Assembly (NCBI GenBank): GCA_963769935.1
Contig: CAVYNY010000034.1
Coordinates: 79,006 to 143,005 of the forward strand
DNA length: 64,000 nt
Direction of reading: 5' to 3'
From: an uncultured delta proteobacterium
Lineage (GTDB): Bacteria > Desulfobacterota > Desulfobacteria > Desulfobacterales > JAFDCJ01
In this document: piece by piece, positions 20,720-29,986 of the stretch
Position numbering within the stretch: the stretch's first letter is position 1
How the letters are laid out: each line of letters opens with the position of its first letter
Position numbers and translations under genes: made by a program
The notes under the pieces: generated by a model
Databases searched by the model: none
What the model was told of the DNA's origin: nothing
The model's input: the letters and a program-made list of their open reading frames with translations, nothing else

Positions 20720-20865
20720 TGAGTTGTTTGTTGTGTGTTGGTCCGGATAGCGAGGTACGGGGAATAGGCCTAGGCCAAAGCGCAGAGAGCATAGGGTTAA
20801 GCTCATAGCTCGCAGCTGATAGTTCATAGGTTAAAGGACAAAGGTTAAAGATGGCTCATAGCCCT
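20720..20865. repeat. Degenerate heptamer repeats downstream of aor
   Basis: agctcat agctcgc agctgat agttcat aggttaa aggacaa aggttaa. Confidence 0.65.
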
Positions 20866-20920
20866 TAGTAATTTGATCGGAAATGCAATGAAGGGCATGA
20901 CCAAGAAAGGGGCTAAAAAA

Positions 20921-20959
20921 GACTAAAAGGGGAGCAGCGCAACATGCGCTGCTCCCCTT
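20921..20959 (-). terminator. Intrinsic terminator (15-bp perfect stem)
   Basis: aaggggagcagcgca-aca-tgcgctgctcccctt, followed by a U-rich tract on the - strand. Confidence 0.8.
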
Positions 20960-21055
20960 ACGATTTTTGCCGACAAGGGTATAGTTAACCAACCTTAAAC
21001 GCTGGACCCTTGTCCTCTGTTTTGTCCTGCCATAGTCAGGTTTAAAGCGTGACGA
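20960..21055 (-). ncRNA. Candidate structured RNA in the 3' region of the TM/vWA operon
   Basis: 9-bp stem gacaagggt (20972-20980)/acccttgtc (21006-21014) whose loop is complementary to 21038-21050. Confidence 0.35.
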
Positions 21056-21084
21056 ATATGAAAGTCTGAAAGGCGCAGGAAAAG

Positions 21085-21120
21085 ACCTTTCACCTTTCGC
21101 CTTTGACCTTTAACCTTTTA
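21085..21120. repeat. Heptamer tandem repeat (CCTTTNN)
   Basis: cctttca cctttcg cctttga cctttaa cctttta. Confidence 0.8.
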
Positions 21121-21121
21121 G

Positions 21122-21887
21122 TTATGTTTCCTTCTCAAACTCTATCAGCGAATGGCCGTAGCGATGCGAGGAGAAGTCTGCGCCGCAGGCGGCGAAATAG
21201 CGACTCCAAAACAGTTCGATAGAGTTGAATTTTTTTGAATCAGCTGCGCTGGCGCCGGCCACATAAACCTTGACATCGTTGAGCCTGGGGATGAGGTTCT
21301 GCTTTTGGCGGTCCTTGATAATGCCGGCGATGTATTCATCTGTGATTTTGACCCGGTCAAAATTGTATTCTTTTGAATCCTGGACCATGTCGGAAAGAAG
21401 AATCAGGATTTTTTGACGCTTTTCGCCATGGAAGATATTATCGGCGATATTCAGAGAGTTAATTATCTCTGTTCGCGGCGTGCCGTGTTTGAGAGACAGC
21501 AGCTTTCTCCATCTCATCTTTAATATCTTTTTTCGTTTTGGTCAGGTTTTGTTCGAAAGCAATGCGGTTGACCCAAATACTTTGTTCCGGAATTTCAGCA
21601 TCTACAACCGGCTTGAAATCAATGTAAGACCGGCCGGTGATGGTGCCCACGATAATGCGATCGCCCTGCTGAAGATCTTGATAGATTTTTTCAAACGCAT
21701 TGCGATATACCGTTCGCCGGGCCTGGTTGGTGCTGCCCGACATATCGACAAATACCGTGATCACCCGTGGACCTTTTTTGTCCTTGCCGAACTTCCACAC
21801 GGCGTCGCTTTTTCCTTCCACGGAGCTCAATAACATCAGATTGCTGAGAACAATGACACACAAGATTTTTAGACTCCACCGCTTCAT
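21122..21887 (-). CDS. Exported vWA/MIDAS-like protein; apparent +1 frameshift near 21505
   Basis: Signal peptide MKRWSLKILCVIVLSNLMLLSSVEG; VFVDMSGS (DxSxS); after the frameshift TEIINSL (Thr) and LILLSDM (Asp); RBS ggaggt. Confidence 0.75.
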
Positions 21888-21930
21888 TGGAGTGTACCTC
21901 CTCAACTCCCGTTAAAGGGCTTGTTGTTTG

Positions 21931-22918
21931 TTATTGGCCGGATGCCTGAATACGCAACTGGGTGGTGGCATCCAGCATTTTTTTCACTTTCTTGGCATGG
22001 TCTTCTTTTTCGAAGGCCAGGATCACCTCATGTTCCCGTTCAAACGATTTGGGTTTCTCATGATCAGGACGTTCACGCTGATTGATTTTGCGATAGTAAT
22101 AGATGTTTTCCTGTGTTTGCTGGTGAATCCGGTTGATCTTTTGTTCCTGCTCGGTAACAATTTTATTATACCTGGCCTCGATGGTGCGCATGGCTTTATT
22201 GATCTGGTTGGTTTTGCGGTGCAGATGCTCCAGCAACGGATCTTTATCATGGGCAAAATAGGAGCACAGCGTGGCTGCGGCTGAGAATAACCATATTCAG
22301 GCCGACGAATGCAGCGCCGATAAATTTACTGCTGCCGAAACTGCCGATCGCACCGGCGGTGTTGAGATCACCCAGGTACTGGACCCGCACGTAGCCGATG
22401 GCCATCAGGCCGCCGATGGTTAACATAAGCAGCGTTCCCACGCCGATGCCGTTCTTCCACCACGGCACGGATCCTCTCTTGATGAGAATTCCCATGGCAT
22501 GGGCGATCCACGGGATGGCTGCGGCCACGCCGAGCGCCATGATCCAGGTAAATATCTGGCTTTCACCAAACACTGAGAAAGCCAGCGAATTCATGGGAAT
22601 TTCACCCAGCACAAAAAGAAACATCAAAACATAGTACTTGCCCCTGGACAGCTCCACACTGGGTTCGCTGCGCTCAATTTTTTTGGAGTGGGCATCATAG
22701 TCCTTGGAGATTCGCTCATATTCCTTGAGCAGGGGTTTGTGCTTGCCGTTGAGGATCTCCAATTGAGGCTCATATTTGGTCATTACCTGCCGGGCCTCGT
22801 TATTGGCCATGGCCATGCATTCCTGCTCGAATTGGGAGAAATTCGGGTCATCTATTCCGGGAATATTATTCTTCGCATCGGTAATAGCGTTTTGTTGAAC
22901 TTCTTTCTTGGTGTACAT
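21931..22918 (-). CDS. Hypothetical membrane protein (coiled coil - 4 TM - coiled coil); apparent +1 frameshift near 22283
   Basis: ORF 22247..22918 rejoins 21931..22236 as ...NMVIL-AAATLCSYFAHDKDPLLEHLHRK...; strong RBS ggagga. Confidence 0.75.
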
Positions 22919-23189
22919 TACTTGTCTCCTCCCTGGTTAGAAATATGGGCTGCAATTTAAAAGCCTCAAAATTCGGTGCAACCCGATATGCCCTTAAGAC
23001 CGGCCCTGATATCGTCATATCATTTACCGCAGATAGCCCGCCGGCATTATGGGCACAACCAAACTCGATAGAAACACATTTCAAATGAATTTATCGGCAC
23101 ATATGATTTTTCCTTTAGAAAATTAAAAAGATTGATTTGAAATGTTTAAAAAAAAGTTATAGGTAATATCAAAAAAGGGGGGGGCTATT

Positions 23190-24572
23190 ATGAGAAATGG
23201 GGTCGAGGAAATCTCACGGAAGATTTTGGACACCTATCGGGGAAAAACACCCGGTTCGCAGACCCACCAGGAAAAGGCCGCCAGGTATCTGCCCGGCGGC
23301 GACACCCGGGCGGCGACCTATTTTGCGCCTTATCCTGTTTATATGGAAAGAGGCCGGGGATGCTATCTTTACGATGTCGATGGCAATGAGTATCTCGACA
23401 TGCTGGGCAATTACACCTCACTCATACACGGGCATGCTTTTCCGGCGATTGTCGAAGCCATCAGGGAGCAGGCCGTCGATGGAACAGTCTTCGGTTCGGC
23501 CGGCGCCATCCAGTATCAGCATGCCGAACATCTTTGCCGCCGTATTCCGGGCCATGGATATGATCCGCTACTGCAATTCGGGAACCGAAGCCACTCTGTT
23601 CGTCATACGGGCGGCCCGCGCGTTTACCGGCAGAGATGGCATTATCAAAATGGACGGCGGGTACCACGGCGGCCACGACCTGGCGGAGGTCAACATTTTG
23701 CCGGATATCGAAACCGATGGTTCTCCCAGGGCGTCCGTCCGTGCCGGAGTTCCGGCCAGCGTGCTGCAGGAGGTTCGAGTCGTCCCCTTTAACGATTTGG
23801 CGGCGGTCGCCTCGCTTCTAGAAACTGACGCCGACCGGATTGCGGCCATCATTGTGGAGCCGGTTCTCGGTGCCGGCGGCGTAATTCCGCCTCAAAAAGG
23901 CTATCTTGCAGGCTTGCGTGAGCTGACCGATCGTTTCGGAGTGCTGTTGATATTTGACGAAGTAATCACCCTCCGGCTGAGCACCGGCGGCATGCAGAAG
24001 CTGAGCGGTGTGACGCCGGACCTGACGAGCCTCGGCAAAATTATCGGCGGCGGTCTGCCGGTGGGCGCCTTCGGGGGCAGGGCGGACATCATGGGCCGTT
24101 TCGATCCGGCTCACCCGCAGGCCATCTTCCATTCCGGCACCTTTAATGCAGCCAACCTGGTGATGGCCGCCGGGCTGAGTGCGCTTTAAAAGCCCTCGAC
24201 AAGGCGGCCATTGATCGGATCAACGCTTTGGGCGAGCGGTTAAAAGAAGGCTTCAGCGACGCTTTCAAACAGGCCGGTTTGCGAGGGCAGGTCACCGGCA
24301 TCGGATCCCTGAATCAGATTCACTGGTGTGACGGGCCCCTTAACAATGCCCGCGAAACCGGTCGCGCATTGGCAGCCGCCGGGGAATTGCCGGGTTTGCT
24401 GCACCTGGCAATGATGAATCGTGGAATATATTCCGCCAAGCGGGGAATGTTTGTCATTTCCACCCCCATGACCGATAACGAGATCGACAAGGCGACGGCG
24501 GCCTTCGCAGAAGCACTGAATATGCTCACGCCCTATATTGCTGCCAGGTTCCCGCAGCTGGTTGCTGAATGA
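23190..24572 (+). CDS. Class III aminotransferase (glutamate-1-semialdehyde aminomutase-like); two apparent +1 frameshifts near 23550 and 24187
   Basis: LYDVDGNEYLD, NSGTEA, GGYHG, IIVEPV, LLIFDEVIT, LGKIIGGGLPVGAFGG, HSGTFN. Confidence 0.88.
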
Positions 24573-24666
24573 TGGCCCCGTAAAAAGTCTTCAAACCGAC
24601 CTGCCGGACCTGATCCCGTATCCAGAACGTATTGATTTTACTGGATTCCGACCTTCGCCGGGACGA

Positions 24667-25980
24667 CTAAAGACTCAGCCGTCCGGTATTCCAGAGCGCA
24701 ACCGCACTGTAGGTTCTCGCCCAGAAATCGGCTTTTTCTTCGGCCGGATACCTGAAAAAATCCTGGGTCCAGTTGAAAGAAGGATTTTGGTACATGTCCC
24801 GCAAAACATTGGCAATATGCTTGGGCTTCCAGTTGGCGTGGATCAGAAAATCATAAACAAATCCCATTAATTTCTGAGGTTGAAGCGCCGCGGGATTGGG
24901 ATGGTGCAGGATGTCCTTCGTCCAGTCGGGGAGGTTTTCCTCTCGGCGGGCACTCTCCAGGGCATATCCCCGAGCCATATCCGGCTGGCTTTCAAAATCC
25001 CGGTGAAACCGGTAGAGATCGGATGATTCGTATTCCCCGATAAAATCGATTAACGTTTCATTGGAGCAGGGGATGTAACCCGAAAACCGCTGGGCGTGGC
25101 GGGCGGCTTTCTCCAGATCCCACATGCAATCCAGGATTAGATCCAGATCGGTTTCCTCGTCGGCAACCCGGCCGTCAAAGTAGGTCCCGACGACATCGAC
25201 CAGGGGTGGCTGATGATATTGACCGTGTTTTTCCTGATTTTTTTTGTGCAGGCTGAAAGGGCTTCGAATGCAACGCATAAATGGAGAGCCTTCACTCCAG
25301 GAGTTGTCGAAATTGATGCAGCGATCATAGCTGTCGGCAATCGAAACGGGCAATAACCCCTTGGAATTATTATCCTGAAACCTTTTCATGGTGAGCAGGG
25401 AGATATATTCCGCCAGCTTGGTAAGCCCGCTGAACACCGCGGCGGCATCCAGCGACACGCCGTACCATCGTCTGATGTCATGGGGATCGACAAATCTGCA
25501 GGCCTTAATCAGATCTTCTTCCAGATAACCGATTTGCTTCAACCTGTCCGTTGCCCGATATCCCAGGAGGTTCTGAAACAGGATATGGCCGCCGGAGGGC
25601 GTGTAGTCCAACAGGTAGGGAATCCCCCTGGAACGTAAGAGATCTTCTAAAAAGCCGATGACGGAAAAGATCTGTTTGAAATAGGTCCGTTGGCTGGCCT
25701 TATCCACGTACAACTTGTGGTTTTCGCCGGCCATGAAAATTTCGAAGTCCAGCGGCATGAGCACGGACTGAGACTTTTGCCCGATAACCGGAATATGGAC
25801 CTGGAGACCTCTTTGGGCGGTGAGCTTTTCGAGCCGATCAACCGGCTCTGCAATTGCAGGAAAAATCGGATCTCGTGCCTCGCCGGCAAGTTCATTTCCG
25901 GCTGCGATGAGAAAGTGGCTGAATTGATAACAATTTTTTAAGCGGTCAATCACCCGCTGATAATATTCTTGGGCATTCAT
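24667..25980 (-). CDS. Hypothetical 437-aa protein with AEP (archaeo-eukaryotic primase)-like catalytic motifs
   Basis: LMPLDFE (D78/E80), YTPSGGHILF (H132), INFD (D225), RCIRSPFSLHKK; helical C-terminal domain. Confidence 0.6.
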   Translation of the reverse strand: MNAQEYYQRVIDRLKNCYQFSHFLIAAGNELAGEARDPIFPAIAEPVDRLEKLTAQRGLQVHIPVIGQKSQSVLMPLDFEIFMAGENHKLYVDKASQRTYFKQIFSVIGFLEDLLRSRGIPYLLDYTPSGGHILFQNLLGYRATDRLKQIGYLEEDLIKACRFVDPHDIRRWYGVSLDAAAVFSGLTKLAEYISLLTMKRFQDNNSKGLLPVSIADSYDRCINFDNSWSEGSPFMRCIRSPFSLHKKNQEKHGQYHQPPLVDVVGTYFDGRVADEETDLDLILDCMWDLEKAARHAQRFSGYIPCSNETLIDFIGEYESSDLYRFHRDFESQPDMARGYALESARREENLPDWTKDILHHPNPAALQPQKLMGFVYDFLIHANWKPKHIANVLRDMYQNPSFNWTQDFFRYPAEEKADFWARTYSAVALWNTGRLSL

Positions 25981-26053
25981 AAATTCCCTTTCTTTGCAAG
26001 ACAGCTTCCCGGAACCTGTGGTGCAGCGTATCCTTCATCATCAAGGGTTGGCT

Positions 26054-27661
26054 TCATTCCGCTCCAATGCGGGCACCTTTTTCAGCTACTGAGCGCTTCA
26101 TGAAGAGCACGAGAGGCACCAGGGCAAGTACAATCACGGCGAACACCCAGAAGCAGTCAAAATACGCCAGCGACGATGCCTGCTGCCGGCGCAGGATAGC
26201 GAGACCTTGCCAGGCCATTTGTCCAGACAGGGATGGATCGCCGGTCTGCCCCAGAAAAAACGTGCGCAAATGATGGATAAAGGCGTGTACCGCCGGGTTG
26301 AATGGATCGAGGTACTCTCCCAGACGCAGGGTGTGAAATTGGTCAAGACGCTCGTGAAGTGTCTGGGCCAGTGACGTTCCCACGCTGCCCCCTTCCGTGC
26401 GCAACAGGCTGAGCAGACCGACCGCGGCTCCGCGCAGCTTTTGAGGTGTATACAGGTAGGCGGCAACGTTCAGCGGAGCAAAGCACATCGAAAGGCCCAT
26501 AACCGTCAGAACCCTGGGCAAAACCACAAATCCCGGGCTGATGCTCAGATTCATTTGCGACATCCAGTAGTTGCCGGCCCCCATGACGAGCAGACCTGAC
26601 AGGATGATCCAGCGTGCGTCCTTTCCCCGGCCGAGCAGGAAGGCGATGACGGGCATCAGGAGAATCGCAAACAGGCCCGCCGGCGACATGACCAGTCCCG
26701 CGTTCAGCGCGTCATAGCCGAAAAGCGACTGCAGCAGGGCCGGCAGCGTCGTACTTGCCCCATAGAGGACCGCGTAGGCAGAGAAGATAAGGATGCAGGA
26801 AACGAGGAAGTTGCGTTCGCCCAACGGCCGTAAGTTGACCACGGGTTTAAGGTGGCGCATTTCCCGGATGATCAGGCCGGCCAGGGCCAGCAGGAAAAGG
26901 ATCAACAGCGTCTGCACTCTCCAGGATGGGTCGTCCAGCCAGTCCCACTCCTGCCCCTTGCTGAGCATCACTTCCCAGCAGGCCATCGTGACCAGAAGAA
27001 GTCCCAGACCGAGCGAGTCGAACTGAAGCGGTTCTTTCTTCAATTCGGCGCGCTGAGTCCGCAGGTATTCGGGGTCTTGCAGCAGGGCATAGCAGCCTGC
27101 CAAAGCCAGAATGCCGATCGGGACATTGATATAGAATGTCCACCGCCAGGAGTAATTGTCGGTGATCCAGCCGCCGAGGGTAGGACCGAGCACCGGTGCA
27201 ACGAGCGCGGCAAGGCCGAACAGCGTCATCGCCGCACCTTGCTTCTCCTGTGGGAAGGCGTCAAGCAATACCCCCTGGCTGCAGGGCTGCAGACCGCCGC
27301 CGGCCAGGCCCTGGAACACGCGGAATATGATTAGTTGGGTCAGGCTGGTAGACATACCGCACAAGGCGGAGCTGAGGGTGAAGACGGTGATCGACAGCAG
27401 GAAGTAGTTGCGGCGGCCGAGGTGGGAGGCCAGCCAGCCGCTGATCGGCAGAACGATGGCATTGGCTGCGAGGTAGCTCGTGATGACCCATTCGCCGTCA
27501 TCGACGGTGGCCGAGAGGCCTCCGGCGATGTATCGCAGGGCAACCACGGAGATAGTTGTATCCAACACCTCCATGAAAGTCGGCACCACAACAATGGCGG
27601 CGATCAACCAGGGGTTCACCGCCGAGCGGCCCGGGACGAATGCAAGCGTTGTGTCGCTCAC
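26054..27661 (-). CDS. DHA2 (EmrB/QacA) MFS efflux permease
   Basis: FMEVLDTTI, WVITSYL, LGRRNY, RVFQGLAGG, LGPTLGGWITDNYSWRW, YINVPIG. Confidence 0.93.
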   Translation of the reverse strand: MSDTTLAFVPGRSAVNPWLIAAIVVVPTFMEVLDTTISVVALRYIAGGLSATVDDGEWVITSYLAANAIVLPISGWLASHLGRRNYFLLSITVFTLSSALCGMSTSLTQLIIFRVFQGLAGGGLQPCSQGVLLDAFPQEKQGAAMTLFGLAALVAPVLGPTLGGWITDNYSWRWTFYINVPIGILALAGCYALLQDPEYLRTQRAELKKEPLQFDSLGLGLLLVTMACWEVMLSKGQEWDWLDDPSWRVQTLLILFLLALAGLIIREMRHLKPVVNLRPLGERNFLVSCILIFSAYAVLYGASTTLPALLQSLFGYDALNAGLVMSPAGLFAILLMPVIAFLLGRGKDARWIILSGLLVMGAGNYWMSQMNLSISPGFVVLPRVLTVMGLSMCFAPLNVAAYLYTPQKLRGAAVGLLSLLRTEGGSVGTSLAQTLHERLDQFHTLRLGEYLDPFNPAVHAFIHHLRTFFLGQTGDPSLSGQMAWQGLAILRRQQASSLAYFDCFWVFAVIVLALVPLVLFMKRSVAEKGARIGAE

Positions 27662-29226
27662 GGATTCGCCTCCCCATTGCTTCCGGACGTCGCGCTGCCG
27701 GGTGGGGCCGGAGGCACATACGGCTGTAAGATTTTTCCGGCATTCGGTCCGGTCGGCGGTTCCCTATAGTAAACGTAAGGCACCACCGACAGGCCGATGA
27801 ACAGAGGAGTTTTTGCGGGATCATAGTCTATTAATTCGATCCGCACCGGCAGCCGCTGTACAACTTTGACAAAGTTGCCGGTTGCGTTTTGCGGCGGCAA
27901 TAATGCCAGGGTCGAACCGGTCCCCATCGTGAACCCCGAGATGCGACCTTTGAAAATATGTTGTTCTCCATACATATCCGTATATAGATCGGCACGTTGG
28001 CCGATGCGCAGGCCGGCGAGTTGGGTCTCCTTGAAATTCGCATCCACCCAGACCTCCCGCAGCGAGCGAATCGCCATCAGACCTTGGCCTACTTCCACAT
28101 TGTTGCCGGGGTTGACATTGCGCCGGGTGATGACGCCGTCTATCTCCGCTGCGACGTCACAGTAACCAAGGTTCAGCCTGGCCACCTCCAGGTCGCGCTC
28201 CGCCTGTTGGACCTTCGCCTCTGCCTGTTTGACCTCTGGGGCTTCTTCCGCCAGCTGGGCGAAGAGAAGATCGATATTTCCATGGGGCGCACGTTGCATG
28301 AATTTGTCCAGCATTTGCTGGGGGGTTTCTTCAAAGGAATGAAAAATGCCGAGCTGGGCCGCACTCTGGATTAAATCCGCTTGCGCCTGAAGGACCGCAG
28401 AGAACGTCTGATCGAGATCGGGCGGCACCTCTGCCAGGCTTTCGCCCTTTGGCGGCACCGCTGGCAGCCCTAAAGCGGCTCTAATCTGATAGACATTTTC
28501 CAGCGCCACCTTGACCTGTGCCTCGGCAACCGAGACAGCCTCCTGCCGCTGCTCATACTGTTCCCGGCTCATGGCGCCGGCAGGAAGAAGGCGCTTGGCA
28601 CGGTCGAACTCGGCTTGCGCCCGAATCAAAACGGCTTGCCGGGACCTCAGGTCGGCAACCTTAGCCGCCAATAAATCGACCTGGTTGTGCACTTCTTCCA
28701 TTGCGCGCTGAAGCCTCCAGCGTTTGTTCCTGGCTTCCGCCAAGGTTCCGCGCGCCAGAGCCTTGGCTGCCAACAGATCGGCCTGAGCCTTCTGCAGTGC
28801 AGCTTGCTTCACCTCGACCTGATCTTCATAGGGTTGTTTGTCAAGTTCAACGAGTAAGTCGCCTTTATGCACCCTGTTATTATCGTCAACCATTACCTTC
28901 ATGACCTGCCCGGCTACACGGGCGGCGACGAAGGTTACATGGCCGTTGACGTAGGCGTCATCTGTCGAAACGGTGTTGAAAGCTCGAATCGCCGCCGGTA
29001 TGGCGAAATACAGCGCAACCGCCAATGCCACAATTCCGGCGCTTCCTTTGAGCACCCAGCGTTGTCTTCTGCTGCGGTGCCCTTCAGGCCCCGCAGGAGG
29101 GGCCGGAGCGTCTCCCGGCGCTGTGCCGGATGCCGAATCGGTTGCGGCCGGCTCCTTGACTAAAGGAATTTTCTCCGCAACCCTGGTTTCCGTACCATTT
29201 CTGGTTTTACTATCTTCCCGGGGCAT
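27658..29226 (-). CDS. HlyD/EmrA-family membrane fusion protein
   Basis: STDDAYV, WVDANFKETQL, LLPPQNATGNFVKVVQRLPVRI. Confidence 0.93.
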   Translation of the reverse strand: MPREDSKTRNGTETRVAEKIPLVKEPAATDSASGTAPGDAPAPPAGPEGHRSRRQRWVLKGSAGIVALAVALYFAIPAAIRAFNTVSTDDAYVNGHVTFVAARVAGQVMKVMVDDNNRVHKGDLLVELDKQPYEDQVEVKQAALQKAQADLLAAKALARGTLAEARNKRWRLQRAMEEVHNQVDLLAAKVADLRSRQAVLIRAQAEFDRAKRLLPAGAMSREQYEQRQEAVSVAEAQVKVALENVYQIRAALGLPAVPPKGESLAEVPPDLDQTFSAVLQAQADLIQSAAQLGIFHSFEETPQQMLDKFMQRAPHGNIDLLFAQLAEEAPEVKQAEAKVQQAERDLEVARLNLGYCDVAAEIDGVITRRNVNPGNNVEVGQGLMAIRSLREVWVDANFKETQLAGLRIGQRADLYTDMYGEQHIFKGRISGFTMGTGSTLALLPPQNATGNFVKVVQRLPVRIELIDYDPAKTPLFIGLSVVPYVYYREPPTGPNAGKILQPYVPPAPPGSATSGSNGEANP

Positions 29227-29457
29227 CCCCGCGCCTTTCTCCCGCAAAATGCTGCGGGCTGATTTTAAATTGGGGCCTTATTCCAACATTGAAAGCCTGG
29301 CCTTCTGGGCCAGGATTCTTTACTTATGCATCAGGGTGGGGCTGTAGATAAAATTTGTCAATAGGGTGGACCATGTATTTTCACCCAATAAAAATCAGGC
29401 CATACCAAATGAATCTGATGTTTCACCAGGATTTAAATCGGTAGATGGAAACCATAG

Positions 29458-29582
29458 GAAGAAGGGGCGGAATAATTTCCGCCCCCATGCAAAAGAAGAC
29501 CCGACCAAACATAGCTCAAGATCTCAGCAAGACACAACGAGCAAAGCAACGTGTTTGGCTTATGAACGATTGGTCAGGTAAT
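29458..29582 (-). ncRNA. Candidate sigma-54-dependent small RNA or terminated leader of the efflux operon
   Basis: Starts about 12 nt below a -24/-12 motif; CCUGACCAA pairs with UUGGUCGGG; ends at hairpin ggggcggaa-taat-ttccgcccc (29464-29485). Confidence 0.55.
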
Positions 29583-29592
29583 ACAGAAAGCA

Positions 29593-29607
29593 GCAAGAGA
29601 TATGCCA
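29593..29607 (-). promoter_or_regulatory. Sigma-54 (RpoN) -24/-12 promoter
   Basis: Minus strand TGGCAT-ATCTC-TTGC matches TGGCAC-N5-TTGC with exact spacing; AT-rich tract upstream. Confidence 0.75.
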
Positions 29608-29986
29608 AATCTCGCTGAATAGTCTAAATATAATAATTTCAGTTAGATAGGGAATTTACAGCTGCCACGTTAACTCCAGAAATATGAAAAGCAGTCAATA
29701 AAATTGTTACAAAATCTTCCTATTTCCGACAATCCTCCCGGCTTTGGGTTTTGATTTGATAAAGCTTTCCAGCAACTTCATCAAGGGCATATCACCGGGA
29801 AATCCACTTTCAAATGGTTGAGTTGAAATTGTCAATTATAGTTTCCCGCTGAACGCCAACAGGCTTGACCGAACAATGTATTTTAGCGTATTTATGACAG
29901 ACACAGCGCAGGTGATCATTCTTCCCTTTGCTCTGCAAGGGCGACATATTCCGAGCATAGCATCGAAAAGTTCAGGAGGTCATTCG

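Noticed and set aside
20960..21055. Known self-cleaving ribozyme or retron msr-msd
   Set aside because: No hammerhead, pistol or twister core recognised and no reverse transcriptase nearby; kept only as an unknown structured RNA candidate.
22977..22993. Sigma-54-like GGGCATATCGGGTTGCA upstream of the TM/vWA operon
   Set aside because: GG-to-GC spacing is one base too long for RpoN.
23190..24572. Calling this gene hemL, or a pseudogene
   Set aside because: Family motifs only, no haem-pathway context; the frameshifts fit the window-wide error pattern.
29366..29581. 71-aa plus-strand ORF
   Set aside because: No RBS or protein-like features; overlaps the better-supported minus-strand RNA candidate.
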